Shown here in pieces: positions 1-9,145 of a stretch of DNA of 17,092 nucleotides (its first letter is position 1; each line of letters opens with the position of its first letter). The position numbers and the translations under genes are program-made. The stretch is from Candidatus Wolframiiraptor sinensis. GTDB lineage: Archaea; Thermoproteota; Nitrososphaeria_A; Caldarchaeales; Wolframiiraptoraceae. The notes under the pieces are model-generated. The model ran no database searches. It saw nothing but the letters and a program-made list of their open reading frames with translations, and was not told the DNA's origin. The stretch spans positions 1-17,092 of the forward strand of contig JALNKA010000020.1 in the NCBI GenBank assembly GCA_023261815.1, written 5' to 3'.

Positions 1-12
1 GACCTCACCCAT
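1..12 (-). CDS. possible 5' start of a gene leaving the window (M-G-E-V...)
   Basis: Minus strand reads GGGTGGTGTT-ATG GGT GAG GTC, an SD-like GGTGGTG just before an ATG at 12. A TATA-like CTTATAGT lies at 55-48. Only 4 codons are visible. Confidence 0.3.
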
Positions 13-211
13 AACACCACCCTAAAAAACCATCAACCATAACCGCGACTATAAGGCTTCACGGACGCAAAAGAAAAACAGCTCACGCGCCCACACCCCA
101 TATGGAATAAGGATTAAGCCGAGAAGCGATCTCGAGATAAAATATCCATGCGAGGTTAGGATAGGGGATGACCCCATAAGGTTAATAGGCCGCGGGCTCA
201 GTCATCGAGTA

Positions 212-871
212 ATGGAGGGCTACATAATAAGCACGCCGAGCGCCAGGGCCACCTGGATCATGATAGGAGTGAATAGCGCGATAGGGATCGCGACCCTCAT
301 CATCCAGCTGGCCGATCCAAGGCTCTTCGACGAGATAATCATCAACTTCTCCGCAATCCCATTCCTAACGATACTCGGGAAGGAGCCGTACAGGCTGATA
401 ACATCGATGTTTCTGCACGGCAACCTCCTTCACCTGTTCCTGAACATGTTCGCGCTCTTCATCTTCGGGCCGGATGTCGAGAGGGTTCTCGGGAGGATCA
501 AGTACTTGATCCTGTATTTCGCCAGCGGAATCGCGGCCGACTACGCTCACGCATACTTTATCCTGGCATTTCACCCCGCTAGGCAGCTCCTGCTCACGCC
601 ATCCATCGGGGCTTCGGGCGCGATCTTCGGGGTTATGGCAGCATACGCCGTCCTCTTCCCGCTGAGAAGGCTCTTCATCTTCATCGGGTTCCCGATAGTC
701 GCCCCGGCGATAGTCGCGATAATAATCATGGCCGCGCTCCAGTTCTTCTACGCGATCCTAACGCCATTCTCTCAGGTCGCTTACGCCGCCCACCTCGGCG
801 GCTTCATCGCCGGCCTAATAATCACCCTGATCTACAGGCCGATGCTGAGGAGAGTTCGGATCGCGCTTTAA
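212..871 (+). CDS. rhomboid family intramembrane serine protease
   Basis: Multiple TM segments, the YRLITSMFLHGNLLHLFLNM motif, catalytic GASG and a C-terminal AHLGG catalytic His. TATA-like GTTAATA at 181-187, about 25 nt upstream, suggests a leaderless transcript. Confidence 0.95.
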   Translation: MEGYIISTPSARATWIMIGVNSAIGIATLIIQLADPRLFDEIIINFSAIPFLTILGKEPYRLITSMFLHGNLLHLFLNMFALFIFGPDVERVLGRIKYLILYFASGIAADYAHAYFILAFHPARQLLLTPSIGASGAIFGVMAAYAVLFPLRRLFIFIGFPIVAPAIVAIIIMAALQFFYAILTPFSQVAYAAHLGGFIAGLIITLIYRPMLRRVRIAL

Positions 872-1281
872 TCAGATCCGATCACTTTGACGTAAACCCT
901 CCTGCTCCTCGGCCCATCGAACTCGGCGAGGAATATGCTCTGCCAAGCCCCGAGCATGGGCCTACCATTCTCCACGGGTATCGCCAGCGACGCCCCCAAG
1001 ATTATGGACCTTAGATGCGCATACGCGTTATAGTCAACCTCATCATGCATGTAGCCCCCCTTCTCCGGTATGAGCCTCTCCATAGTCTTCTCGAGATCCC
1101 TCTTCAACACGCTCTCATCCTCATTCAAGAATATCCCGGTAGTCGTATGCGGCGTGAAGATTATCGCGATGCCGCTCCTGACGCCGCTCTCCCTAATTGC
1201 CTCCTCGACCTCGCGCGTAATATCCCTGAACTCGACCCTACCACCGGTCCTAACCGCCAGCTCTTTAAGAAAGCTCTTCAT
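868..1281 (-). CDS. yjbQ: YjbQ / UPF0047 family protein (secondary thiamine-phosphate synthase-like)
   Basis: Motifs DIT..V, PHTTTGIFLNE, Y.HD...NA.AHLRS and LGAWQSIFLAEFDGPR.R. The true start is ATG 1281 (MKSFLKEL); the ORF-track extension to 1713 is antisense to tatD. The stop overlaps the rhomboid stop (TTAA 868-871). Confidence 0.93.
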   Translation of the reverse strand: MKSFLKELAVRTGGRVEFRDITREVEEAIRESGVRSGIAIIFTPHTTTGIFLNEDESVLKRDLEKTMERLIPEKGGYMHDEVDYNAYAHLRSIILGASLAIPVENGRPMLGAWQSIFLAEFDGPRSRRVYVKVIGSD

Positions 1282-1345
1282 ATGGTCGCGGACGATCTCG
1301 GCGAGATTTAACATTAGCCTTAAAACCCGAGAAGAGGGCATACGC
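1282..1345. promoter_or_regulatory. compact divergent archaeal promoter region (yjbQ / tatD)
   Basis: TTTAA at 1307-1311 (TTAAA on the minus strand, about 26 nt before ATG 1281) and CTTAAAA at 1319-1325 (about 21-27 nt before ATG 1346). Confidence 0.55.
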
Positions 1346-2071
1346 ATGGGAGTAGACATGCTGGTGGATGCACACTGCCACGCGCATTCGCTCAATGAGG
1401 AGGTTCTTGGGCGCATCGAGGACGGGATCATCGTGATCGCCGTCTCGGAGGATCTGGAGAGCAGCCTGAAAACGCTCGAGCTCACGGAGAAGTTCGAGAA
1501 CATCATGCCATTCATCGGGATCCATCCATGGAGCTTGGAGGAGATCACGCAGCAGGAGATAGATGAGGTAATAGGCCTCATCGAGAGGAGAGATGATGTT
1601 AAGGGGATAGGCGAGGTAGGTCTGGACGGGAAGCGCGGGAATAGGGAGAAGCAGATGGATGTCTTCAAGTCATTCTGCAGGCTCTCGGCAGAATACGATC
1701 TGCCGATGAACATTCACGCAAGGGATGCTTGGGCGGATGTTCTCGGAATTCTCAGGAAAATGGACGTGGAATCCGCCATAATCCACTGGTATAATGGTCC
1801 GCTGAGCCTGCTCGAGGAGATGCGGGAATGCGGTTACATGATCACAATAAACCCCGCGGCGAGGATTCAGCCGAGGCACATGGATGTGCTGAGGGAGGCG
1901 CCCCTAGACATGATATTGACGGAGAGCGATGGCCCCTACGAGTACAGGGGCTTAAGGCTCGGGCCCGACATGATCGAGGACCTAGTAAAGCTCATCGCCG
2001 AGGTGAAGAGGATGCCAGCAAAAGACGTCGAGGACGCGATAGAGTTCAACTTCAGGCGGATCTTCAGGTAG
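1346..2071 (+). CDS. tatD: TatD family metal-dependent hydrolase/nuclease
   Basis: DAHCH, GIHPW, IGEVGLD, IHAR, IIHWY and LTESDGPY motifs. Start is ATG 1346 (or 1358), not 1070. Confidence 0.93.
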   Translation: MGVDMLVDAHCHAHSLNEEVLGRIEDGIIVIAVSEDLESSLKTLELTEKFENIMPFIGIHPWSLEEITQQEIDEVIGLIERRDDVKGIGEVGLDGKRGNREKQMDVFKSFCRLSAEYDLPMNIHARDAWADVLGILRKMDVESAIIHWYNGPLSLLEEMRECGYMITINPAARIQPRHMDVLREAPLDMILTESDGPYEYRGLRLGPDMIEDLVKLIAEVKRMPAKDVEDAIEFNFRRIFR

Positions 2072-2636
2072 CGATTGTGGCCTCAGCCTCCCTCAGGTAT
2101 CCGCGCACCTCCTCATCGACGCTAGCCGCCTCCCTTTCGATCTCGGAGACGAGCTCCGAGGCCTTCCTGAACAGCATATACTCCCTCTCACTCAGCACCT
2201 CAACGAGCCTGAGCTCCGGCCCCCTCTTCATGAACACGCAGTAAACTGTGCTCGGAAGCTGGCGTGGAATCCTGGATATCAGCTCCTCATCCACGGGCAC
2301 GCTGAACGCCATCCCCCCGATCCTGCCGCTCACCACCGGATAAACCCCCCTAGAGACTTCCTCTATGAGGGCCTGCGCGACCTCAGCGGCTCCGGGCCCC
2401 CCGATGAGGCTCATCTCAGCTAAAACCCATCTGGGAGCTTCAAGCTGCTTGCTGAGAACAGCTTTAACTCTAACCTGGATCGCGGGGCTCAGGAAGCTCG
2501 GCGGATTCAGCGTGTATATCGTGAAGAGCTCTCCGCCGGTGCTCATGATCCTCAGCTCATACTCGATAGCACCCCTCCTAGTTCTCGGTCTGATGGAGAC
2601 GAGGTATCCGGACAGCTCCATTTCCCCGCCGCTCAT
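2064..2636 (-). CDS. hypothetical protein, possibly two OB-fold-like beta domains plus an acidic C-terminal helix
   Basis: 190-aa ORF with natural composition, 34 nt downstream of ilvD on the same strand. Alternative start at 2621. The fold is inferred from the strand pattern only. Confidence 0.75.
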   Translation of the reverse strand: MSGGEMELSGYLVSIRPRTRRGAIEYELRIMSTGGELFTIYTLNPPSFLSPAIQVRVKAVLSKQLEAPRWVLAEMSLIGGPGAAEVAQALIEEVSRGVYPVVSGRIGGMAFSVPVDEELISRIPRQLPSTVYCVFMKRGPELRLVEVLSEREYMLFRKASELVSEIEREAASVDEEVRGYLREAEATIAT

Positions 2637-2670
2637 CCCAGCTCACTCGAGCACCGGCGGCTATTATCCC

Positions 2671-4350
2671 CTAATGCTCCGAGGATGCCTTGAGAATCGC
2701 CCCGGAATCGGCGGAGGATACGCCGAGAGAATATCTTAGAAGCCAGCCCTTCTCGGCCCTGGGCTTGGGCGGCTTCCAGGAATCCATTCTACGCCTAAGC
2801 TCGCTCTCATGGACCTCGAGATCCAGAATTCTCGACTCGACATCTATCAGTATCATGTCATTCTCCTCGACTACGGCTATTGGCCCTCCCTCAGCCGCCT
2901 CGGGCGAGACATGTCCCACGCAGAGGCCGCGCGTAGCCCCCGAGAATCTTCCATCGGTCACGAGAGCTATCTTCTCGATGAGCCCCAGACCGACGAGCGC
3001 CGCGGTTGGAGCGAGCATCTCCCTCATGCCGGGGCCTCCACGCGGCCCCTCATATCTTATCACGACGACATCTCCCTCCCGCATCCTCCCGCTCATCAGA
3101 GCATCAACGGCCTCATCGCCTGAGTCGAAGACCCTCGCCCTCCCCCGGAACCTCATCATGCTAGGAGGAACTCCAGCGGTCTTCACGACAGCGCCCCTCG
3201 GAGCCAAGCTCCCCCTCAGGACTGCGATCCCGCCCACACGCCTAATCGGCTTATCAAGAGGCCTGATAACCCCCTCATCGAGCCTCCTGGCGCCGGAAAT
3301 GTTCTCTCCAACAGTTTTCCCGGTGACCGTGAGCGCGTCGAGGTGGAGCAGGGGCTCGAGGGTCTTCATGACGGCCGGCACGCCTCCAGCCCTATCGAGA
3401 TCATCCATGCCGTGGGGCCCGCTCGGGATGAGCTCGGCTATCTGCGGGGTCTCCCTGCTCAGCCTATCGAAGTCCTCGAGCTCCAGGTCTACCCCGGCCT
3501 CCCTCGCGACCGCCATCAGGTGGAGGACGGTGTTCGTGGAGCCCCCCAGCGCCAAATCCACCCTAATCGCGTTCTCGAAAGCCTTCCTCGTCAGGATCCT
3601 CGAAGCAGTTATGTTCCCCCGTATGAGCTCGATGATCCTCCTCCCGGTTTCTCGGGCGAGCGCGACCCTCCTAGAGCTTGTCGCTGGTGGGGTGGCGGAG
3701 CCGGGTAGGGAGAGGCCGAGCGCCTCAACCACGCAGGCCATGGTATTCGCCGTGTAGAGCCCGTTACAGGAGCCCGGGGCTGGGCACGCGGCCATAGCGA
3801 GCATCTCGAGCTCCTCCTCGCTCAGCTCTCCAGACTTAACCCTGCCAATCCCCTCATAGACGTGGGAGAAGGCGACTTTTCTGCCATTGAACCAGCCACA
3901 GGGCATCGGGCCTCCGGTTATTATGATTGTTGGCAGATCGAGCCTCGCCGCTGCCATGAGCATTCCGGGCGTAACCTTATCGCAGTTCGGTATCAGGATG
4001 AGGCCATCGAGCGCGTGCGCCTTGGCTATAGTCTCCACGGAGTCGGCTATCAGCTCCCTGGATGGAAGAGAATATCTCATGCCCTCATGATCCATCGCGA
4101 GTCCATCGCAAACGACTATCGTGTTGAACTCGAATGGCACTCCGCCTGCCTCCCTAACCCCCTGGATAACAGCATCCGCTATCATTCTCAGGTGAACGTG
4201 GCCCGGGACCATGCTCGAGTAACTATTGATCACACCGATGAATGGCTTCTCCAGATCATCGCGGCTGAGCCCGAGAGAGTAGAGCAGAGCCCTGTGAGGA
4301 GCCCTCTCCAGGCCCCGCTTAATCGAATCGCTCCTCATGCTTGAGCCCAT
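2671..4350 (-). CDS. ilvD: dihydroxy-acid dehydratase
   Basis: [67 protein letters not shown] and GHVSPEA motifs. Alternative start at 4338. Confidence 0.97.
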   Translation of the reverse strand: MGSSMRSDSIKRGLERAPHRALLYSLGLSRDDLEKPFIGVINSYSSMVPGHVHLRMIADAVIQGVREAGGVPFEFNTIVVCDGLAMDHEGMRYSLPSRELIADSVETIAKAHALDGLILIPNCDKVTPGMLMAAARLDLPTIIITGGPMPCGWFNGRKVAFSHVYEGIGRVKSGELSEEELEMLAMAACPAPGSCNGLYTANTMACVVEALGLSLPGSATPPATSSRRVALARETGRRIIELIRGNITASRILTRKAFENAIRVDLALGGSTNTVLHLMAVAREAGVDLELEDFDRLSRETPQIAELIPSGPHGMDDLDRAGGVPAVMKTLEPLLHLDALTVTGKTVGENISGARRLDEGVIRPLDKPIRRVGGIAVLRGSLAPRGAVVKTAGVPPSMMRFRGRARVFDSGDEAVDALMSGRMREGDVVVIRYEGPRGGPGMREMLAPTAALVGLGLIEKIALVTDGRFSGATRGLCVGHVSPEAAEGGPIAVVEENDMILIDVESRILDLEVHESELRRRMDSWKPPKPRAEKGWLLRYSLGVSSADSGAILKASSEH

Positions 4351-4450
4351 TAGCCCCGATCCTCACTTACTTAAGAATGCTATGCGCCGGCGGCCCCCGG
4401 GGGACGCGTCAAGATTAATTTAGGGGATCCTATCCTCAAGCCCTAAGACG
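4351..4450. promoter_or_regulatory. divergent promoter region ilvD / ilvBN
   Basis: AT-rich boxes CTTAAG (4370-4375) and ATTAATTTA (4414-4422) in a GC-rich background, at TATA-like distances from the two start codons. Confidence 0.5.
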
Positions 4451-6157
4451 ATGAGGCTGAGCGGCGCTAAGGCTCTCATCAAGTCGCTGGAGAATGAAGG
4501 GGTCAAGGTCATATTCGGGATCCCAGGAGGCGCCATCCTCCCGGTATACGACGCCCTCCACGATTCCAGTATAAGGCATATTCTTGTGAGACATGAGCAG
4601 TGCGCAGCCCACGCCGCCGACGGCTACGCCAGGGCTAGCGGCAGAGTCGGCGTATGCATGGCCACATCGGGTCCGGGCGCGACGAATCTAGTGACTGGGA
4701 TAGCGACGGCCTACATGGACTCATCGCCGATAGTCGCTATTACAGGCCAGGTCGCGAGACACATGATCGGGAGAGACGCCTTCCAGGAGGCTGACATAAT
4801 AGGGATAACGACGCCGATCACGAAATACTCCTTCCAGATCCAAGACGCGGAGGATGTTCCGAGGGTGGTGAAGGAGGCATTCTACCTGGCCATGGAGGGA
4901 AGGCCCGCGCCCGTGCTAATAGACTTCCCGGTCGATGTGCAAAGGGAGGAGGCTGAGGTAGACCTCGAGGCCGAGATCCCGCCGCGCGCGAATAAGCTAG
5001 TCAAGGAGCCCCATCCACTCCAAGTTAAGCGGGCTGCGGAGGCTCTCTTAAACGCCGAGAGACCTGTCATGCTCGCGGGAGGAGGGGTCATAATCTCAAA
5101 TGCATCAGAGGAGCTTAGAGCTCTGGCCGAACTCCTCATGATACCGGTTACCATCACGCTGATGGGGAAGGGCTCATTCCCGGAGAATCATCCACTCTAT
5201 ATAGGGAGAGTGGGGATGCACGGATCGGCGGCCGCGAATAAGCTGATAATGGAGGCGGATGTCATCTTCGCGATCGGGACGAGGTTCAGCGATAGATCAA
5301 CCGGGAGGTTCGATACATTCGCGAGAGATGCCACGCTCATTCACGTGGACATAGATGCCGCCGAGATAGGGAAGAACATTAAGCCAGACATACCTATAGT
5401 CGCCGACGCGAAGCAAGCTCTCAAGGCGATCCATGATGCCGTGAAAGACTTATCGAGAAAGGATACCTCGACATGGCTCCAGAGGGTTAAGGATGTTAAG
5501 GAAAGCATTGAGAAGCTTGACCAGCGGCCCGCGGACGAGCTATCACCCAAGAACGTGATAAGAGAGATCAGGAGGCTATTGCCGGCGGACGGGATCGTGA
5601 CCACGGGTGTCGGCAGAAATCAGATGTGGGCCGCCCTCTACCTCGAGGTGTATCATCCGAGAACCTTCATAACATCCGGAGGCCTCGGGACCATGGGCTT
5701 CGGGCTCCCCGCGGCCTTGGGAGCAAAAGTCGCTAAGCCCAACTCGATAGTGGTCGATATCGATGGCGATGGAAGCTTCCTGATGACGGAGGGGGAGCTC
5801 GCCACCTCGATCGTCGAGGAGATACCGGTAATCGTCGTGATAATGAATGATGGCTGGCTCGGCATGGTGAAGTACTGGCAGGACCTATTCTACGGGGGAA
5901 GATACTGCGCGACTTGCTTGAGGCGCGGCGTGCCGGACTTCGTGAAGCTCGCCGAGGCTTATGGCGCGAACGCCGCGAGGCCCCAGTCGCTTCAGGAGTT
6001 CTCGAGGGCGTTCAAGGAGGCCATGAGCAGTGATAGGACGACGGTTATAGATGTCTGGATAAACCCGGATGAGCCGGTCTTGCCATTCGCGCCTCCCGGA
6101 AGATCGTTGGCCGAGACGATAACCGATTTAAGGGAGGTGATGAGAGGTGGAGGCTAG
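4451..6157 (+). CDS. ilvB: acetolactate synthase large (catalytic) subunit, biosynthetic type
   Basis: FGIPGGAILP, RHEQ, TSGPGATN, DAFQE, GMHG, RFSDR, SGGLGTMGFG and the ThDP-binding GDGSFLM...N motif. Confidence 0.97.
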   Translation: MRLSGAKALIKSLENEGVKVIFGIPGGAILPVYDALHDSSIRHILVRHEQCAAHAADGYARASGRVGVCMATSGPGATNLVTGIATAYMDSSPIVAITGQVARHMIGRDAFQEADIIGITTPITKYSFQIQDAEDVPRVVKEAFYLAMEGRPAPVLIDFPVDVQREEAEVDLEAEIPPRANKLVKEPHPLQVKRAAEALLNAERPVMLAGGGVIISNASEELRALAELLMIPVTITLMGKGSFPENHPLYIGRVGMHGSAAANKLIMEADVIFAIGTRFSDRSTGRFDTFARDATLIHVDIDAAEIGKNIKPDIPIVADAKQALKAIHDAVKDLSRKDTSTWLQRVKDVKESIEKLDQRPADELSPKNVIREIRRLLPADGIVTTGVGRNQMWAALYLEVYHPRTFITSGGLGTMGFGLPAALGAKVAKPNSIVVDIDGDGSFLMTEGELATSIVEEIPVIVVIMNDGWLGMVKYWQDLFYGGRYCATCLRRGVPDFVKLAEAYGANAARPQSLQEFSRAFKEAMSSDRTTVIDVWINPDEPVLPFAPPGRSLAETITDLREVMRGGG

Positions 6158-6161
6158 GCGA

Positions 6162-6656
6162 ATGAAGAAGCCATTTCACGTGATCTCATTCATAGTAGAG
6201 AATAAGCCTGGGGTGCTTTTCAGGGTCGCGTGGCTCATCAGGAGAAGGAACTTCAACATAGAGAGCATCTCGGTGGGCCCGACCGAGAATCCAGGTATTT
6301 CGCGGATGACGATAACGCTCTATGGGGATGAGCCGGTGGTCGAGCAGGTCATAAAGCAGCTCAGAAAGCTGGTGGACGTCGTGAAGGTCTCGAGGCTCGA
6401 TCCAGATAACACGGTGATAAGGGAGATGGCGCTTGTGAAGGTTCATGTTCCGGACCCAGCGGCCAGAGCCGACCTAGATTATTACGTGAGAGCATTCCGG
6501 GGTAGGATCGTAGATCTCTCACCGGATGCCGCGATAGTCGAGGTAACCGGGACGCCGCAGAAAGTGGACGCGTTCATAGAGCTTATGAGGAGCTTCGGGA
6601 TAAAGGAGCTCGCGAGAACCGGCGCGACGGCGCTGCCGAGAAGCCCGAAGGAGTAG
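6162..6656 (+). CDS. ilvN: acetolactate synthase small (regulatory, ACT) subunit
   Basis: VENKPGVL.RV..LI.RRNFNIESISVG, KQLRKLVDV and ELARTG motifs. ATG 6162 is preceded by SD GGAGG (6149-6153). Confidence 0.95.
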   Translation: MKKPFHVISFIVENKPGVLFRVAWLIRRRNFNIESISVGPTENPGISRMTITLYGDEPVVEQVIKQLRKLVDVVKVSRLDPDNTVIREMALVKVHVPDPAARADLDYYVRAFRGRIVDLSPDAAIVEVTGTPQKVDAFIELMRSFGIKELARTGATALPRSPKE

Positions 6657-6694
6657 GGCGCGCAAGGTTTTTCCGAAGCCAGATGCAACTCACA

Positions 6695-6764
6695 TATCGA
6701 GAATGATGAGAGCTGCAGTAGCTGATGCCATGATGACCTCAGCTCACCCTGATAATCCCCGATA
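6695..6764 (+). ncRNA. archaeal box C/D methylation-guide sRNA
   Basis: C ATGATGA 6703-6709, 12-nt guide GAGCTGCAGTAG, D' CTGA 6722-6725, C' ATGATGA 6730-6736, 12-nt guide CCTCAGCTCACC, D CTGA 6749-6752. Flanking TATCG/CGATA can form a stem. Fully intergenic. Confidence 0.9.
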
Positions 6765-6782
6765 AGCGATGCCAACAGCGCT

Positions 6783-7862
6783 TCAAGGCATTATCTCGAC
6801 GGTATTATTGTACTCGGGGTAGGCTAGATCCTCCAAGCGCAGCCCACTCTTCTCAGCGGCCTCCTCGACTCTACTTAAATTCCTCATGATCAGATTTATT
6901 ATGTGGCGAGAGCAGGCGCAGATCACCTTGACGCCCTCATCACCCCAAAGCCTCTCTCGATGAGTATAGAGGCACCGAGCTCCACAGATCCCAAGCAAAC
7001 AGCATGACCTGCACGGCTCATTGATAACGTTGCGCCGGCCCTCCAGCTCCCTCCGGGAGATCGCGCCGAGCAAACCCATCTGAGCCCAACCCTCCTCGAC
7101 AGCAATCGGGCACAGGATGATCCTACCGTCGGTGAGCACTGTGAAGGAGTTCTCGCCGGATCCGCATGGCGGGGTCGGCCCACCACTTAGAACTCTCTTC
7201 AGGACTCCCTGGAACGGCGCCATCCCAAGGATCTCGCCGCGCTCCAGCCCAGAGATCCAGAGCTCCATGAGCTTGTCGAGACCAGGCTTATACGATGACT
7301 CGATCCAGCCCCATAAATCCCCCCAGAGACCTCTATCAACCCAGATCATGCTGAGCTGCCAGTGGACGTGATCGAAGAGGCCGAGGCCGAGAAGATACTT
7401 CACATCGCGGTGGATATCGGAGTCGGGCGTAATAGTCATCCTGGCGACCACGTCTCCCGAGAAGCCCGCTTTCCTGAGCCGCGCAACCCCGCCGATAACC
7501 CTATCATACACACCCCTGCCCCTCCAGCGATCCGTCACGCGCCGATCACCATCTATGGAGACGAGCACGGCGTCGAGTCTCTCGAGAGTATTCCGCGAAA
7601 CCCTGTCTAAGAGAAGACCATTCGTCTGGATGACGTGCCGGCATCCCTCAAACCTCCCCATAACCTCCTCAATGAACCTCATGTTCAGAAGAGGCTCACC
7701 GCCATAATACGCTATCACATCGCCATCCCTCACGAGATCATCGAGAAGGCTCAGATCATACTCGACCCGCCAGGGCACCTTAGCTGGATCAAAGCTCCCG
7801 CCACAATACCCACACCTCAAGTTACACCTGCCAGTAGCATAGAGAATGAACGTCAACCCCAT
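6783..7862 (-). CDS. radical SAM/SPASM protein, AF0577 (TIGR04084)-like family
   Basis: CNLRCGYC (CX3CX2C), YYGGEPLL, QTNG, VSIDG, SPASM cysteines (CGSG...CP...CRSC.....CGARC) and the family-typical C-terminus YNNTVEIMP. Start is probably ATG 7862 (ORF track gives 7889). Confidence 0.88.
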   Translation of the reverse strand: MGLTFILYATGRCNLRCGYCGGSFDPAKVPWRVEYDLSLLDDLVRDGDVIAYYGGEPLLNMRFIEEVMGRFEGCRHVIQTNGLLLDRVSRNTLERLDAVLVSIDGDRRVTDRWRGRGVYDRVIGGVARLRKAGFSGDVVARMTITPDSDIHRDVKYLLGLGLFDHVHWQLSMIWVDRGLWGDLWGWIESSYKPGLDKLMELWISGLERGEILGMAPFQGVLKRVLSGGPTPPCGSGENSFTVLTDGRIILCPIAVEEGWAQMGLLGAISRRELEGRRNVINEPCRSCCLLGICGARCLYTHRERLWGDEGVKVICACSRHIINLIMRNLSRVEEAAEKSGLRLEDLAYPEYNNTVEIMP

Positions 7863-7982
7863 CCCCGCCCAGCCCAAATGAAGCCCCACTCGGGATTCAA
7901 TATGCTATTCGGCCAGACTCCACTCATCCACCACCAGCAAACCCGTAGATATGAGACCCCGAGAAAAATAAGCCGAAATAGA

Positions 7983-7990
7983 GATAAATA
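7983..7990 (+). promoter_or_regulatory. TATA box of tRNA-Asn
   Basis: GATAAATA about 26 nt upstream of the tRNA 5' end, preceded by a purine-rich BRE-like stretch. Confidence 0.6.
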
Positions 7991-8015
7991 GAAAGAGCTC
8001 GAAGGAAAAACAGTA

Positions 8016-8088
8016 GCCGGCGTAGCTCAGCTGGTGGAGCGCCGGGCTGTTAACCCGGGGGTCGGTGGTTCGAATCCACCCGCCGGCG
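8016..8088 (+). tRNA. tRNA-Asn (GTT), intronless, CCA not encoded
   Basis: Acceptor GCCGGCG/CGCCGGC plus discriminator G, D arm GCTC..GAGC, anticodon arm CCGGG-CT GTT AA-CCCGG (GTT at 8049-8051), T arm GGTGG-TTCGAAT-CCACC. Confidence 0.98.
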
Positions 8089-8285
8089 ACAATTCAATTC
8101 TTCTTGAATAAACGCCATGAATATCAATTTCATAGTGTGATGTAAAGAGAGAGTAGGAAAAGAGGACGGGAGTGAGCTCTTTTTAGTTGACGTAAGTCTC
8201 TCTGGAATCAAGATCCGGCCCCTTACGCCTTAATGATCTAACAAGCGTTTGAAGCTCTCCCTCTGCCTACTTCCTCGAGAGCAAT

Positions 8286-9145
8286 TCAAGAGGAGAACGA
8301 CTTGATCTTCCTCAACATGATCCCGATCAGTACAAGTAAAAGTGAGGCTATTGCGGTATTCAATATTAGCAATGTGATTATCAAGTTCATGTGGGGGTCA
8401 GCTTGCTGGTGCGCGCTCGCATCAGGATTCTCATCAGCTCTCTGAAATAGGCAAGTTTATCATGCATGCGGAATAGACTTTCATGTAATTTCTTGAGGTA
8501 TCTATGGGGGTTGGACAGAGCTTCTTGGAGCTTATAACTAGGTAGAATTTTTCACCTGAGATTTTTGGAAAATCATGCACGAAAACGCTTGTCGTTTATG
8601 AAGAATCTGATAACCCCCTTATCGCCTATCTCCGCGTACACCGCCTTAAGCGTATAGGTTCTCTCCGACCCCACCGGTATACTCTCAAGCTTAAATTCCT
8701 TGAAGAACTCGGGGATTCTTGGGGACTGAATATACCCATTGATCGTCGAGGAGCTTTGCCGTACGACGAAGCCGAACTCATCCCCCGTGAAGACCCTAGT
8801 GTCATCCGTAATGAAGGCCGCGAACCCATCTCTATCGCTCGCTGAAAGATTCTCGATATATACGCTAACGCGGGCTGAGAGCGCGAAGGTCTTCCCGGCC
8901 TCAATAGATTTGAGAGATAGGGCATCTTGATAGACATTAGTGAATTTGCTGCCGGTAAAAAGATAGTGATCAGCATGATATGCTGGCAGAGAACCATTAG
9001 TGTTATACCACTTAAAATTCTGGTCATAAGCGGTGGTCAAATCTAAACATAGATCCGCGGGCTGATTAGCGCCGTAAATACTGGGTAAAAGAATGAAAGT
9101 GATCAGGGGTAAAAGCATGCAGATCCTAAAAGCCATAATTCTCAT
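8286..9145 (-). pseudogene. secreted, C-terminally membrane-anchored ConA/GH16-like beta-sandwich protein, two frameshifts
   Basis: N-terminal signal peptide. ORF 9145-8573 continues after a shift at about 8583 (HDFPKISGEKFYLVISSKK...) and another at about 8440 (...DPHMNLIITLLILNTAIASLLLVLIGIMLRKIKSFSS*, a TM helix plus basic tail, stop 8288-8286). The start overlaps the GT2 stop (ATGA). Confidence 0.75.

Noticed and set aside
64-74. GACGCAAAAGA matches positions 2-12 of the candidate TnpB guide (16254-16264)
   Set aside because: An 11-nt match with a mismatch at the first guide position is not far from chance in 17 kb on two strands, and the guide boundary is itself unproven.
1070-1713. Long N-terminal extensions of yjbQ (to 1713) and tatD (from 1070) suggesting a large bidirectional overlap
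   Set aside because: Each extension is the antisense shadow of the other gene (Ser/Ile-rich). Family motifs begin at 1281 and 1346, with TATA boxes between them.
2690-3757. 355-aa plus-strand ORF
   Set aside because: Antisense shadow of GC-rich ilvD, Ser/Pro/Ala-rich with no motifs. The same applies to the other short ORFs nested in ilvD, ilvB, the radical SAM gene and the kinase.
4385-4392. CGCCGGCG-like match to the tRNA-Asn 3' end as a possible att site
   Set aside because: Only about 8 nt of GC-rich sequence, in the core ilv promoter region on the wrong side of the putative island.
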